Source: Eledone cirrhosa (lineage: Eukaryota). From it: 64,000 nucleotides of DNA. Shown here one piece after another: positions 1-11,490 of this stretch. The stretch lies in contig OZ024742.1 in NCBI GenBank assembly GCA_964016885.1, positions 326,740,001 through 326,804,000 on the forward strand, read 5' to 3'. The position numbers and the translations under genes were made by a program. The notes below the pieces were generated by a model. That model did not search any database and was not told the origin of the DNA. It was given only the letters and a program-made list of their open reading frames with translations. Each line of letters opens with the position of its first letter. Position 1 is the stretch's first letter.

Positions 1-7
1 ATTAACC

Positions 8-141
8 AGGGCATTACTGGTACTTTATTTTATCGACCCCGTAAGGATGAAAGGCAAAGTTAACCTCGACGGGATTTGAACTCAGAATGGCAAAGGCCGT
101 AACTCTATGCGTCAAACCATGGCGTCCGATCCTCTACCGAT
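8..141 (-). mobile_element. tRNA-derived SINE family A (Meta/MESC-like central domain), partial
   Basis: B box GAGTTCAAATCCC and core GCCTTTCATCCTTACGGGGTCGATAAAATAAAGTACCAG on the minus strand; many copies in window. Confidence 0.8.
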
Positions 142-204
142 ATATATAGTAATAATAAAGACTAAAATCCGAAGAGGGCTCGATAAGTATTATATATTAT
201 ATAT

Positions 205-309
<105 letters not shown>

Positions 310-514
310 TTCGTTTCTGAATTTGTTTAGCAAGATTCTTTATCTGAAATCGTGTGTTGAAACCGATATTGTTATACTTTGGGAGGGTCATGTTGCCAAT
401 AAGAAACACACGCACCAGTTGCTTTCACTTCAATTTATTATAATAAATTTATAATAAATTTATAAATTTCTGGTTGGTTGGTTGGTTCCACAACCAGATA
501 GTTGTTTATATATT

Positions 515-555
515 GTCATAGTTCTTTCGTCACACTCTGTTACCTCTTCAGTGAC
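515..555 (-). ncRNA. Minimal type I hammerhead motif in PLE 3' pLTR (stem II mismatch)
   Basis: GTCA-CTGAAGA-GGTAACAGAGTGTGAC-GAAA-GAAC-TA-TGAC. Confidence 0.6.
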
Positions 556-756
556 TGGGGATTCCTTTCTTTGTTTTTGTGCCTCTCCTTTGTTCTGTCC
601 TACGCCATTTTGTTTCTGTGTGTGTGTTGTATGCTCAGTCTGCACATGCGCCACATCCAGGTGTCTGTGTGTGTTTATGTTCATTTATTTATTTGTTTAT
701 TTACATGTTACTGGTTGGTTGTTTGTTCTATGTGTGTGTGTGTATTCATTTTGTCC

Positions 757-3700
757 TTAATTGTAAGTTGTGATGTTGCTGTTCCACTCATATTTTCTAT
801 TTAATTTTGGTTGTCATTCTTTTATGTTTATTGCCTCTGTGATTTGTCTAAACATTGCGTCTTTTCTGTGTGTAGATTCTATTTTTATTTCTATGTTCTC
901 TAATTTACCCTTGTGTTCTATTTTAGCATGTTGGTAGAGTACAGATGATTCTTTACTATCTTGAAGGTCTCGCCAGTGTTCATTTATCCGTTCCCCTACA
1001 CTACGAGCTGTCTCACCTATGTACATTATATTTTTGTCTCTACATTGTCCTTCAGTACATCTTATGCTATACACTACATTTCTAGTTTTACAGTTAATAT
1101 GGGGGCTTATTTTACAGGTTATACATTTCTTATCTATACATGAGGGTCTTTGAAAAGGGTATGTCTCGCTAATAAGTGTTTTTACGGAGGTACCTGGTCT
1201 TTCTACTATCTTAATATTGAGTTTATGTTTATCTAGGGCCCTTCTAAATTTGTAAGCTAATTCACCTCAAGGGGTTGTATCGATGAACATTACACTCTGG
1301 TATTTATTGCTATCATACCATGAGTTTATTCTATTAGCCTTGTTCCTAGTTCTTTCTATTCTATTCCAAAATGTGCTCCTATACAAGGGGCAGGTCCCAT
1401 TTATGTCATTATTTACCATTTTTCCCCATTTGGTTCTGGCTCCTCTATACACTCTGATTTTATCTCTCTGATTGTAGCCAGAGAACTGCATACGGTGGAT
1501 GAAGTGTTGTATGTGTCTCTCTACTAGTTCTTCGGGGTTGCACATGCGGGACACGTTTCTCATCACCCGTACCAAATCCGCAATCAGTATGTTGATTTTG
1601 GTATGGTCCGAAACGGCCGAGTTTCGGTGGATCAGATGTTTGGAAGTCATGGGTTTGGCATAATGGGAATAGAGGATTTGTTTTTTGTTATTAATGGTAT
1701 CTAACCAGAGCTCTGTGTCTAGTACAGGTAATCGATGGTTGGGGTGTTTACTTGGGTAGTCTATAGTAACTCTAATGCTCTGGTGGATGGAGTTAGCTAT
1801 TTGCTGGATGCTTTCCATTGTGTTTTTCTCTAGTTCCTGACTGTTTTCTAGTGGGGGTGACTTAACTACGATGTTTATATCATCAACGTAGCGGGAGTAC
1901 ATTATCAGGGTTAAGGGGTCTTCTAATTGTTCTTTAAGTTTAAGTTTAAGTCTACTGTCCCACCATACCATGAATAAGTTAGCTATGTCGCCTGCAATGC
2001 TAACACCAATGGCTGCTCCTTCCTCTTGGGCATATGTTTTTCCATTAAATTTGAACATATGTTCCTTAAGGGTTAGTTTTATGCTGGCCCCTACCGCATG
2101 TGCAATCATTTTCTTCAGTTCATCGTGGTTTTCGGGTGTCCGTATGGCTCTGGTCCACCCGTTCCATCTATCTGTGTGGGTTTTCTTGGCCATTGAGGTA
2201 ATGGTAGGTGGTCTGCCTCTTGCTGGTCTTGTAGGGCACAGGTTGCTAAGGTCATATGTGTCTAGGTAATTATTACTATAGGTAAGTTTAAGTAGGAGTC
2301 CCAGCTCACTGGTATCAATCCCACGGAACTCAACATTGCTCTCACTGATCATTTCTACGCATTTCTCCACAGCAAAATCCACGTCAATAGATGGATACAG
2401 GGATACAACATCCATACTACCTATTATGTTATGCAGTTTGTTAGGTCCCTAGATCGGTTACTCACGCCGATTCTGCTGAGGAGGTCCTCCGTGCTGTCAC
2501 ATACATCTGGGGACATTTCAATGATGGGACGTATGATCAGGGAGAGGAAGTAGGACAGTCTGTAGTTACTAGCAATGTTAGCTCCACAGACTGGCCGTGT
2601 TGGTGGTCCCGCGACAGGGTCACTGCCCGTTTTATGGTCTTTTCGAAGCCCATACAACGCCGGCACGTCATTGTTCCAGGCCTGGAAGTTGTTGGCAGTC
2701 CTTTTGTTGGGCTGCATTATATTCGTCCACATCACCATACGGGCATTGAGGGCTTTTTCTCTATCCTCATGCTCCTGTGGTGTTACCTCTCTTGTGTTAG
2801 TGATGTGGGGTTGCATTGCCTGGATGTAGTTTGGCAGGCTGTCAACCGACATTCTGCCAGACTTGTCTGTTGGAAAGCATGCTATCTCCCCATTACGCGA
2901 GCGCTGCATGAGCTTACGCAAGCCATTTGCAGATTTTCTCCCAGTTGCTGGGCCTCCATTCTATTATGCTTCTTGCTATACTGTTCTATAATATTTCTAA
3001 GTTCGGATCTAGCTATACTAAATTGTGCTTCTGTGTGTTCATCGACCTGCGACGGCAATTGCGTGCGTTTGTTAAATGGTAAAGTCGTGGCGTGGACTCG
3101 TCGCAGGTCGAACGATTTATCGGAGGGATTATAAATGTAGAGTTCCAGGCTGCTGCTTTATGTGTACTAGTGCTATTGTTATTGTTAGTTGTGTTGTTTC
3201 TATTTCTATTTCCACCAACAGCCTCATGGTTGTTTCTATGTCTCTCATAATTACTCCTGTCTCTTTCCACTGGCTCATTGTTGTTATCTACCCTATTTTG
3301 TGTGTCTGTGTGTTCGTCTTGGTTATTTTCTTTGTCTTTAGTCTCCCTTCTCCTTTTAATCCTATTACTTTCCCTTATTTCTGTGATTTCTGTGCTACTG
3401 TCATTACTTGTTTTCTGTGTCTGTGTGTTTGTTAAGATTGTGGTGGCGGTGAGAGGCATTGAATGTGTGTGTGTTGTTGTTGTTGTTGATGTGTGCTGTT
3501 GTTGATGTGTGTTGTTGTTGTCTCCGTGTGTGTTATTATTGTTGTGTGTGTTGTTATTGTTGTTTGTGTCTGCGTATCTGTTGTTGTTGTTTCTGGGTAT
3601 GTTATTATTGTTGTTGTTGTTGTTGGTGGTGGTGTGTGTTGTTGTTATTGTTGTTTGTGTCTGTGTGTCTGTTGTTGTTGGGATGTGTGTTGTATATATG

Positions 3701-4478
3701 TGTGCGTATATTGTTACTTTTGTTTTTGTTTTTGTTTTTGTTTTTGAGGCTCCAGCGTAGTTTTGTAAATGATTTTTTCTATTTCTGACAGACAACTAAT
3801 CATATTTACCTTCTTGAATGTCGCAAATTTCGGTGGTAGACGTAATACAGATAACTCATCGTCATCTATTACCGTGTTGCCGTATATATTTGTGTTGTTG
3901 TTGTTGAACTCATCTGTTAATGAGGTGTCGGCCATATTTATACCGTCAATTTTGTCGGGATATCTATTGGTATTCTCTACAGTATCCTGATTTAGCTTTA
4001 GCTGCTTAAGCCACTTTAGTTTCTTGTTAAAGTGCTTATCACATTCTTGAGTAATGTACTGTTCTTCAGGACGTATAAGGCTTATAAATATTAGTTTCTC
4101 TCTTGGTGTGGTGATCCTAGCTATTTCTTGTATTAGGTTACGCTTATGTTTTTCTTGATGACTTAATTCTATATAGATCTGCTTTTTTATGTTTAGAATT
4201 AGTGTTCGTTTTAGCCTATCTGCTTGTTTTTTGGTGAGTTGTAATCTTCTTACGTCGGTGTTGATGGTGTTGGTGTAAACTCGGGATGAGGCACATTCTT
4301 TTATGAAGTGTAGTTGTCGAGATGTTATGGTTTTTCGTAGACAACAGAACATGGTGGTTTTCAGTATCTTGTTAGCCTGGCTAAGGCTTACGATATTTCG
4401 TTTCTGAATTTGTTTAGCAAGATTCTTTATCTGAAGTCGTGTGTTGAAACCGATATTGTTATACTTTGGGAGGGTCAT
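757..4478 (-). pseudogene. Disrupted PLE polyprotein (N-terminal domain, Asn/Thr-rich insert, RT, GIY-YIG endonuclease)
   Basis: ATG at 4478 (MTLPKYNN). Frameshifts near 3775 (extra A; removal restores EIEKSFTKLRW), ~2930 and ~2420. Nonsense codons at 1267 and 814. The copy at 4911 shows the ORF should read EAINIKELQPKLNRKYEW.. to TAA at 757. Confidence 0.9.
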
Positions 4479-4609
4479 GTTGCCAATAAGAAACACACGC
4501 ACCAGTTGCTTTCACTTCAATTTATTATAATAAATTTATAATAAATTTATAAATTTATAAATTTCTGGTTGGTTGGTTGGTTCCACAACCAGATAGTTGT
4601 TTATATATT

Positions 4610-4652
4610 GTCATAGTTCTTTCGTCACACACTCTGTGACCTCTTCAGTGAC
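4610..4652 (-). ncRNA. Minimal type I hammerhead motif in PLE 5' pLTR
   Basis: GTCA-CTGAAGA-G-GTCACA-gagtg-TGTGAC-GAAA-GAAC-TA-TGAC; ~130 nt upstream of the PLE ATG, where PLE hammerheads typically sit. Confidence 0.75.
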
Positions 4653-6176
4653 TGGGGATTCCTTTGTTTGTTTTTGTGCCTCTCCTTTGTTCTGTCCTAC
4701 GCCATTTTGTTTCTGTGTGTGTGTTGTATGCTCAGTCTGCGCATGCGCCACATCCAGGTGTCTGTGTGTGTTTATGTTCATTTATTTATTTGTTTATTTA
4801 CATGTTACTGGTTGGTTGTTTGTTCTATGTGTGTGTGTGTTTTCATTTTGTCCTTAATTGTAAGTTGTGATGTTGCTGTTCCACTCATATTTTCTATTTA
4901 ATTTTGGTTGTAATTCTTTTATGTTTATTGCCTCTGTGATTTGTCTAAACATTGCGTCTTTTCAGTGTGTAGATTCTATTTTTATTTCTATGTTCTCTAA
5001 TTTATCCTTGTGTTCTATTTTAGCATGTTGGTAGAGTACAGATGATTCTTTACTATCTTGAAGGTCTCGCCAGTGTTCATTTATCCGGTCCCCTACACTA
5101 CGAGCTGTCTCACCTATGTACACTATATTTTTGTCTCTACATTGTCCTTCAGTACATCTTATGCTATACACTACATTTCTAGTTTTACAGTTAATATGGG
5201 GGCTTATTTTACAGGTTTTACATTTCTTATCTATACATGAGGGTCTTTGAAAAGGGTATGTCTTGCTAATAAGTGTTTTTACGGAGGTACCTGGTCTTTC
5301 TACTATCTTAATATTGAGTTTATGTTTATCTAGGGCCCTTCTAAATTTGTAAGCTAATTCACTTCTAGGGGTTGTATCGATGAACATTACACTCTGGTAT
5401 TTATTGCTATCATACCATGAGTTTATTCTATTAGCCTTGTTCCTAGTTCTTTCTATTCTATTCCAAAATTTGTTCCTATACAAGGGGCAGGTCCCATTTA
5501 TGTCATTATTTACCATATTAAGATAGTAGAAAGACCAGGTACCTCCGTAAAAACACTTATTAGCAAGACATACCCTTTTCAAAGACCCTCATGTATAGAT
5601 AAGAAATGTATAACCTGTAAAATAAGCCCCCATATTAACTGTAAAACTAGAAATGTAGTGTATAGCATAAGATGTACTGAAGGACAATGTAGAGACAAAA
5701 ATATAATGTACATAGGTGAGACAGCTCGTAGTGTAGGGGAACGGATAAATGAACACTGGCGAGACCTTCAAGATAGTAAAGAATCATCTGTACTCTACCA
5801 ACATGCTAAAATAGAACACAAGGGTAAATTAGAGAACATAGAAATAAAAATAGAATCTACACACAGAAAAGACGCAATGTTTAGACAAATCACAGAGGCA
5901 ATAAACATAAAAGAATGACAACCAAAATTAAATAGAAAATATGAGTGGAACAGCAACATCACAACTTACAATTAAGGACAAAATGAATACACACACACAC
6001 ATAGAACAAACAACCAACCAGTAACATGTAAATAAACAAATAAATAAATGAACATAAACACACACAGACACCCGGATGTGGCGCATGCGCAGACTGAGCA
6101 TACAACACACACACAGAAACAAAACGGCGTAGGACAGAACAAAGGAGAGGCACAAAAACAAAGAAAGGAATCCCCA

Positions 6177-6219
6177 GTCATTGAAGAGGTCACAGAGTGT
6201 GTGACGAAAGAACTATGAC
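6177..6219 (+). ncRNA. Hammerhead motif in inverted pLTR copy, C3U core mutation
   Basis: GTCA-TTGAAGA-GGTCACAGAGTGTGTGAC-GAAA-GAAC-TA-TGAC. Confidence 0.55.
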
Positions 6220-6429
6220 AATATATAAACAACTATCTGGTTGTGGAACCAACCACCAACCAGAAATTTATAAATTTATAAATTTATTATAAATTTATTA
6301 TAATAAATTGAAGTGAAAGCAACTGGTGCGTGTGTTTCTTATTGGCAACATGACCCTCCCAAAGTATAACAATATTTATATATATATATATATATATATA
6401 TGAAAATCCGTAGAGCAAATATTTATTAT

Positions 6430-6570
6430 AAGAAAAGATTAAAGTTTAAGAATCGCTGCTTTCACCCTCAACGGGATCTCTTGAAACTGAAAAAATTCAA
6501 TCTGTGGACGCAGAAGTAAATATTTCGAAAAACGTTACAACCGAAGGAAAACAGGAAGACGACTCTTTTG
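6430..6570. repeat. Dispersed (TA)n-adjacent repeat, second copy at ~7285-7425
   Basis: Shared agattaaagtttaag..aatcgctgctttcaccct..aatctgtg.acgcagaagtaaatattt.gaaaaacgtt.caaccgaaggaa.acaggaagacga. Confidence 0.7.
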
Positions 6571-6765
6571 GCTTGTGGGGGAAAAAGCGAGGATAATTAC
6601 GTCATGTGAAGCGAGAAGAACAATTTCTTGCAAAGACGAAAACACATTTATGCTATAAAAGAAACCATTAAACTAATATTCTACTTAAAATAACCGAATG
6701 ATTTCCAGCTCCGGAGTTTGAGAATAATGTAAATAAATTTATTAAATGAAAATGTCAGAGGTTAT

Positions 6766-7065
6766 TAATTGTTTCTACTTTAGGCACAAGGCCAGCAATA
6801 ATCCAGTGCATTACTGGTACTTTATTTTATCGACCCCGTAAGGATGAAAGGCAAAGTCAACCTAGGTTATTAATAATGGTTGATTGGCAGTATCAGTAGA
6901 GGGTCGGACGCCATGCTTTGACGCATAGAGCTACGGTCCTTGCCATTCTGAGTTCAAATCCCGCCGAGGTTAACTTTGCCTTTCATCCTTACGGGGTCGA
7001 TAAAATAAAGTACCAGTAATGCACTGGGTAATTGCTGGCCTTGTGCCAAAAGTAGAAACAATAAT
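6766..7065. mobile_element. Two family A SINEs in inverted arrangement (6766-6863 minus, partial; ~6877-7065 plus)
   Basis: A box TGGCAGTATCAG, B box GAGTTCAAATCCC, shared core, AAT tail. Confidence 0.85.
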
Positions 7066-7149
7066 AGTAAAAGTAAATAATGATTAGAACATTAAAGTAT
7101 TGTTACAAGATTCAAGCCCAAGCATAAGTATGCGCTTACGCATGGATAC

Positions 7150-7183
<34 letters not shown>

Positions 7184-7542
7184 TTGTGTGTGTGTACACA
7201 TATACAAAATTACATACACATATACAATCATACATATATACTTACATATACATACATATACATATATATATTTATTAAAATAATAGATTAAAGTTTAAGC
7301 AGAGAATCGCTGCTTTCACCCTTAACGAGATCTTCTGAAACTAAAAAAATCAATCTGTGAACGCAGAAGTAAATATTTTGAAAAACGTTGCAACCGAAGG
7401 AAGACAGGAAGACGATACTTTGGTTCGTGAAGACGTTTCCTGGCAATGAACGGAAAAAACGAAGAGAATACGTCTTCTTATATATTTGGTATATATGTAT
7501 ATAGATCAGAGCAAACATCACGGACGCTCTATCTCAAAATTA

Positions 7543-7578
7543 TTTTTGAAAAGCATTAGAAATGCGCAACCGGTAAAA
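7543..7578 (+). ncRNA. Degenerate U3-A8 variant hammerhead motif (GAAA>GCAA)
   Basis: TTT-TTGAAAA-GCAT-tagaa-ATGC-GCAA-CCGG-TA-AAA; same architecture as 13708-13743. Confidence 0.45.
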
Positions 7579-8032
7579 CTTAAAACCAAAACTGAATACT
7601 AACCAATACAATTACTAATTCTCACTTATTCCTAATTAAACTATTTTTTACTGTGAACAATTTGTCAGCATTTTCTATTCCGTTTACCAATATATATATA
7701 TATATATATATATACTTAGGTTAATAGGAGTTAGGTATTGTATACCCGTGTCCCATTAAGGTATTGGCAGCATAATAATTAGCTCTATGCTTTGGAGCAG
7801 AGCCGTATATATGATAAAGAACACAAGAGCGTAGTCCTGGATGGGTTGGGATGTTCTTGAGTGATATAGGTAGGTAATCTTTAGTTAGCATGCTGCCAAT
7901 CAATTATAATCATACACACAAGGTGGACAGGTTATAAGGAGTTAGCTCAACCGGGGGAAGACGGTTACGTAAGGAAGAAACATTGTAAGCCAATAAAATT
8001 CTTTCGATGTTGTTGACGCTCTTGTGTTCTTT

Positions 8033-8089
<57 letters not shown>

Positions 8090-8091
<2 letters not shown>

Positions 8092-8282
8092 CGAAGGAGT
8101 TGTGGTAAGGAACCAGATGGACCATAACGCACCAGAGTACTCAATACTTAGGGTAGTAGAGTGGGTAATAGGAAAATGTATGACCCAGACGGCAGAGCTC
8201 AAGACGTTTCGACGGCTATTTCTGTCCAGAAATAGCCGTCGAAACGGCTTGAGCTCTGCCGTCGGGGGTCATACATTTTCCT
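8090..8282. repeat. (TA)n-embedded element ending in a ~55-bp-arm palindrome; family copies at 45808-46003 and 14983-15097
   Basis: Arms 8170-8224 / 8227-8282; leader aacgaaggag..ggtaaggaaccagatggaccataac shared among copies. Confidence 0.8.
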
Positions 8283-8307
8283 TTATATATATATATATAT
8301 ATACACA

Positions 8308-8391
<84 letters not shown>

Positions 8392-8512
8392 TATACACAC
8401 ATACATTCACATGTACGCATACATATACATATACACAAACACATATATACACACAATATATACACAATATATACACAATATATATATATATATGCTTCCT
8501 TTTTGTTCACAG

Positions 8513-8573
8513 ACCGTTGTCACTGTCAAAATAAAGGTAGCTGTAAGGTCAAAAATGGAAAAGCCAGTTGCGT
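8513..8573 (+). CDS. Exon of single-pass EGF-domain membrane protein (first half of EGF: DRCHCQNKGSCKVKNGKASCV)
   Basis: ttcacag acceptor, gtaaga donor; phase 2 joins 12768 to complete a 6-Cys EGF domain. Confidence 0.85.
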
Positions 8574-8744
8574 GTAAGACAAACATTTATTTTAAATTTG
8601 AAATAATCCCCACCACCTCCAACCTCCAGTCCCACCCCACCACCTCCAACCTCCAGTCCCACCCCACCATACTCTAGTTTCTTTTTTAGTAATCTCAGTT
8701 GTGTTCTAACTAACCAAACCAAACACTGTCACCACCTCCGACAT

Positions 8745-8821
8745 TACTACTGCTGCTGCTGCTGCTGCTACTACTACTACTACTACCACTACTACCACTA
8801 CTACTACTACCTCTACCACTT

Positions 8822-8855
<34 letters not shown>

Positions 8856-8937
8856 CACTACTACTACTACCTCTATCACTTCTACTACTACTACCACTAC
8901 CACTACTACTGCTACTACTACTACCACTACTACTACA
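8745..8937. repeat. (TAC/TGC)n trinucleotide microsatellite
   Basis: Direct inspection. Confidence 0.9.
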
Positions 8938-8944
8938 AATGATA

Positions 8945-9215
8945 TAATTGTTTCTAATTTAGGCACAAGGACAGCATCAACCAGTGCATTACTGGTACTT
9001 TGGTTGTTTCTGATATAGGCACAAGACCAGTAATTTGAAGGAGAGGAGTCAGTCGATTAGATCGACCTCAGTACGTGACTGGTACTTTATCGGCCCCGTA
9101 TGGATGAAAGGCAAAGTTAACCTCAGTGAAATTTTAACTCAGAACGTAAAGGGGCGTAACTCTATGCTACAAAGCATGGCGTCCGACCCTCTACTGATAC
9201 TGCCAATCCACCGCC
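8945..9215 (-). mobile_element. Family A SINE (two nested or adjacent pieces)
   Basis: Core and head match to family A. Confidence 0.75.
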
Positions 9216-9220
9216 CTTTT

Positions 9221-9708
9221 TTACTACTGCTGCTACTACCACTACTACTACTACTAGCACTACTATTACTACTACTACTACTACTACTACCACTACTACC
9301 ACTACTACTACTACTACCACTACTATTACTACTACTACTACTACCACTACTACCACTACTACTACTACCGCTACTAACACCACCACCACTACTACTACTA
9401 CTATTACTACTACTACTACTACTATTACTACTACTACTACCACTACTACTACTACTACAACATTACTACTATTACTACTACTACTACTACTACTACTACA
9501 AAATTACTACTATTACTACTACTACTATTACTACTACTACTACTACTACTATTACTACTACTACTGCTGCTGCTGTTACTACTACTACTACTACTATTAC
9601 TACTACTACTGCTGCTGCTGTTACTACTACTACTCCTACTACTACTGCTGCTGCTGTTACTACTACTACTACTATTACTACTACTACTACTATTACTACC
9701 ACTACTAT

Positions 9709-9743
<35 letters not shown>

Positions 9744-9830
9744 ACTATTACTGCTACTACTACTGCTGCTGCTACTACTACTATTACTACTACTACTACT
9801 ACTACTACTTACTATTACTGCTACTACTAA
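9221..9830. repeat. (TAC)n trinucleotide microsatellite
   Basis: Direct inspection. Confidence 0.95.
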
Positions 9831-9920
9831 CAGCGGTATTTGAACTCAACATGCAAAGAGACGAAACTACTGCAGTTCTTCTTTCCTCCTCTCGCCATCT
9901 TTGTTATATCCAACACTTCC

Positions 9921-10466
9921 ACATCCCAGACCATACCCCTACATCCTAGACCATACCCCTACATCCCAGACCATACCCCTACATCCCAGACCATACCCCT
10001 ACATCCCAGACCATACCCCTACATCCCAGACCATACCCCTACATCCCAGACCATACCCCTACATCCCAGACCATACCCCTACATCCCAGACCATACCCCT
10101 ACATCCCAGACCATACCCCTACATCCCAGACCATACCCCTACATCCCAGACCATACCCCTACATCCCAGACCATACCCCTACATCCCAGACCATACCCCT
10201 ACATCCCAGACCATACCCCTACATCCCAGACCATACCCCTACATCCCAGACCATACCCCTACATCCCAGACCATACCCCTACATCCCAGACCATACCCCT
10301 ACATCCCAGACCATACCCCTACATCCCAGACCATACCCCTACATCCCAGACCATACCCCTACATCCCAGACCATACCCCTACATCCCAGACCATACCCCT
10401 ACATCCCAGACCATACCCCTACATCCCAGACCATACCCCTACATCCCAGACCATACCCCTACATCC
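9921..10466. repeat. 20-bp minisatellite (ACATCCCAGACCATACCCCT) x ~27
   Basis: Near-perfect tandem array, one variant unit. Confidence 0.97.
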
Positions 10467-10852
10467 TATCATTCTTTCCGAGAATGTTGGCACTTTAGAA
10501 ATTGAGTTCCCCACTACACTCTACCTTGCTGATGGTCTTCGAAACTAATTTAAGCGGTACATTAATGGTATCGATCTCCCCAGTTTCGGAAGGCCTGTGA
10601 AAGGTATGGGCACTGCTCGTCCTTTCAGACCCACCATGTCAACCCATCATGTCAACTCATCCACCCCCCAAAAATGTCGGATTCTCTAAAATATTTTCTA
10701 AATCCACTGTCTCCGTCTACTCCGATTAATTGAATTATTGGCCTGAACAATCCCATGATTCCTGTCCCTCCGACTGATACAGTACAAGAAACTTAATTGA
10801 CATTAGATAGTCACGGTGGAATGCATTGATCATAGATCTTCTAAATATTTGG

Positions 10853-11490
10853 TAGTAGACTTAATTCTTGGGTAATAGACTTAATCTTGAGTTGTTGACA
10901 TAATCTTGAGTATTAAATTTAATCTTGTGTAGTAAACTTAGTCTTGGGTGGTAAACTTAGTCTTGTGTAGTAAACTTGGTCTTGGGAGGTAAACTTAGTC
11001 TTGTGTAGTAAACTTAGTCTTGGGAGGTAAACTTAGTCTTGTGTAGTAAACTTGGTCTTGGGAGGTAAACTTAATCTTGTGTAGTAAACTTAGTCTTGGG
11101 TGGTAAACTTAGTCTTGTGTAGTAAACTTAGTCTTGGGAGGTAAACTTAATCTTGTGTAGTAAACTTGGTCTTGGGAGGTAAACTTAATCTTGTGTAGTA
11201 AACTTAGTCTTGGGTGGTAAACTTAGTCTTGTGTAGTAAACTTGGTCTTGGGAGGTAAACTTAGTCTTGTGTAGTAAACTTAGTCTTGGGAGGTAAACTT
11301 AATCTTGTGTAGTAAACTTAGTCTTGGGTGGTAAACTTAGTCTTGTGTAGTAAACTTAGTCTTGGGAGGTAAATTTAGTCTTGTGTAGTAAACTTAGGCT
11401 TGGGTGTTAAAGTTGATCTTTGGATGTAGGCTTAATCTTGTGTTGTATATTTAATCTTAGGTGGCAGACTTAATTCTTGAGTAGCAAACG
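10853..11490. repeat. 19-bp minisatellite with alternating variants (38-bp higher-order unit)
   Basis: GTAAACTTAGTCTTGTGTA alternates with GTAAACTT(A/G)GTCTTGGG(A/T)G; degenerate edges. Confidence 0.92.

Noticed and set aside
4962-5582. 206-aa ORF as an independent GIY-YIG gene
   Set aside because: Chimeric reading across the inversion junction of the duplicated PLE end, truncated by a nonsense codon
6452-7345. Hammerhead-like motifs in the 6430/7285 repeat (minus: CAAGAGA or CAGAAGA, stem, GAAAGC)
   Set aside because: Neither copy has a valid CUGANGA core, UH site or stem I; at most a decayed relic
9840-10548. Pro/His-rich repetitive ORFs
   Set aside because: By-product of a stop-free 20-bp minisatellite inside an intron
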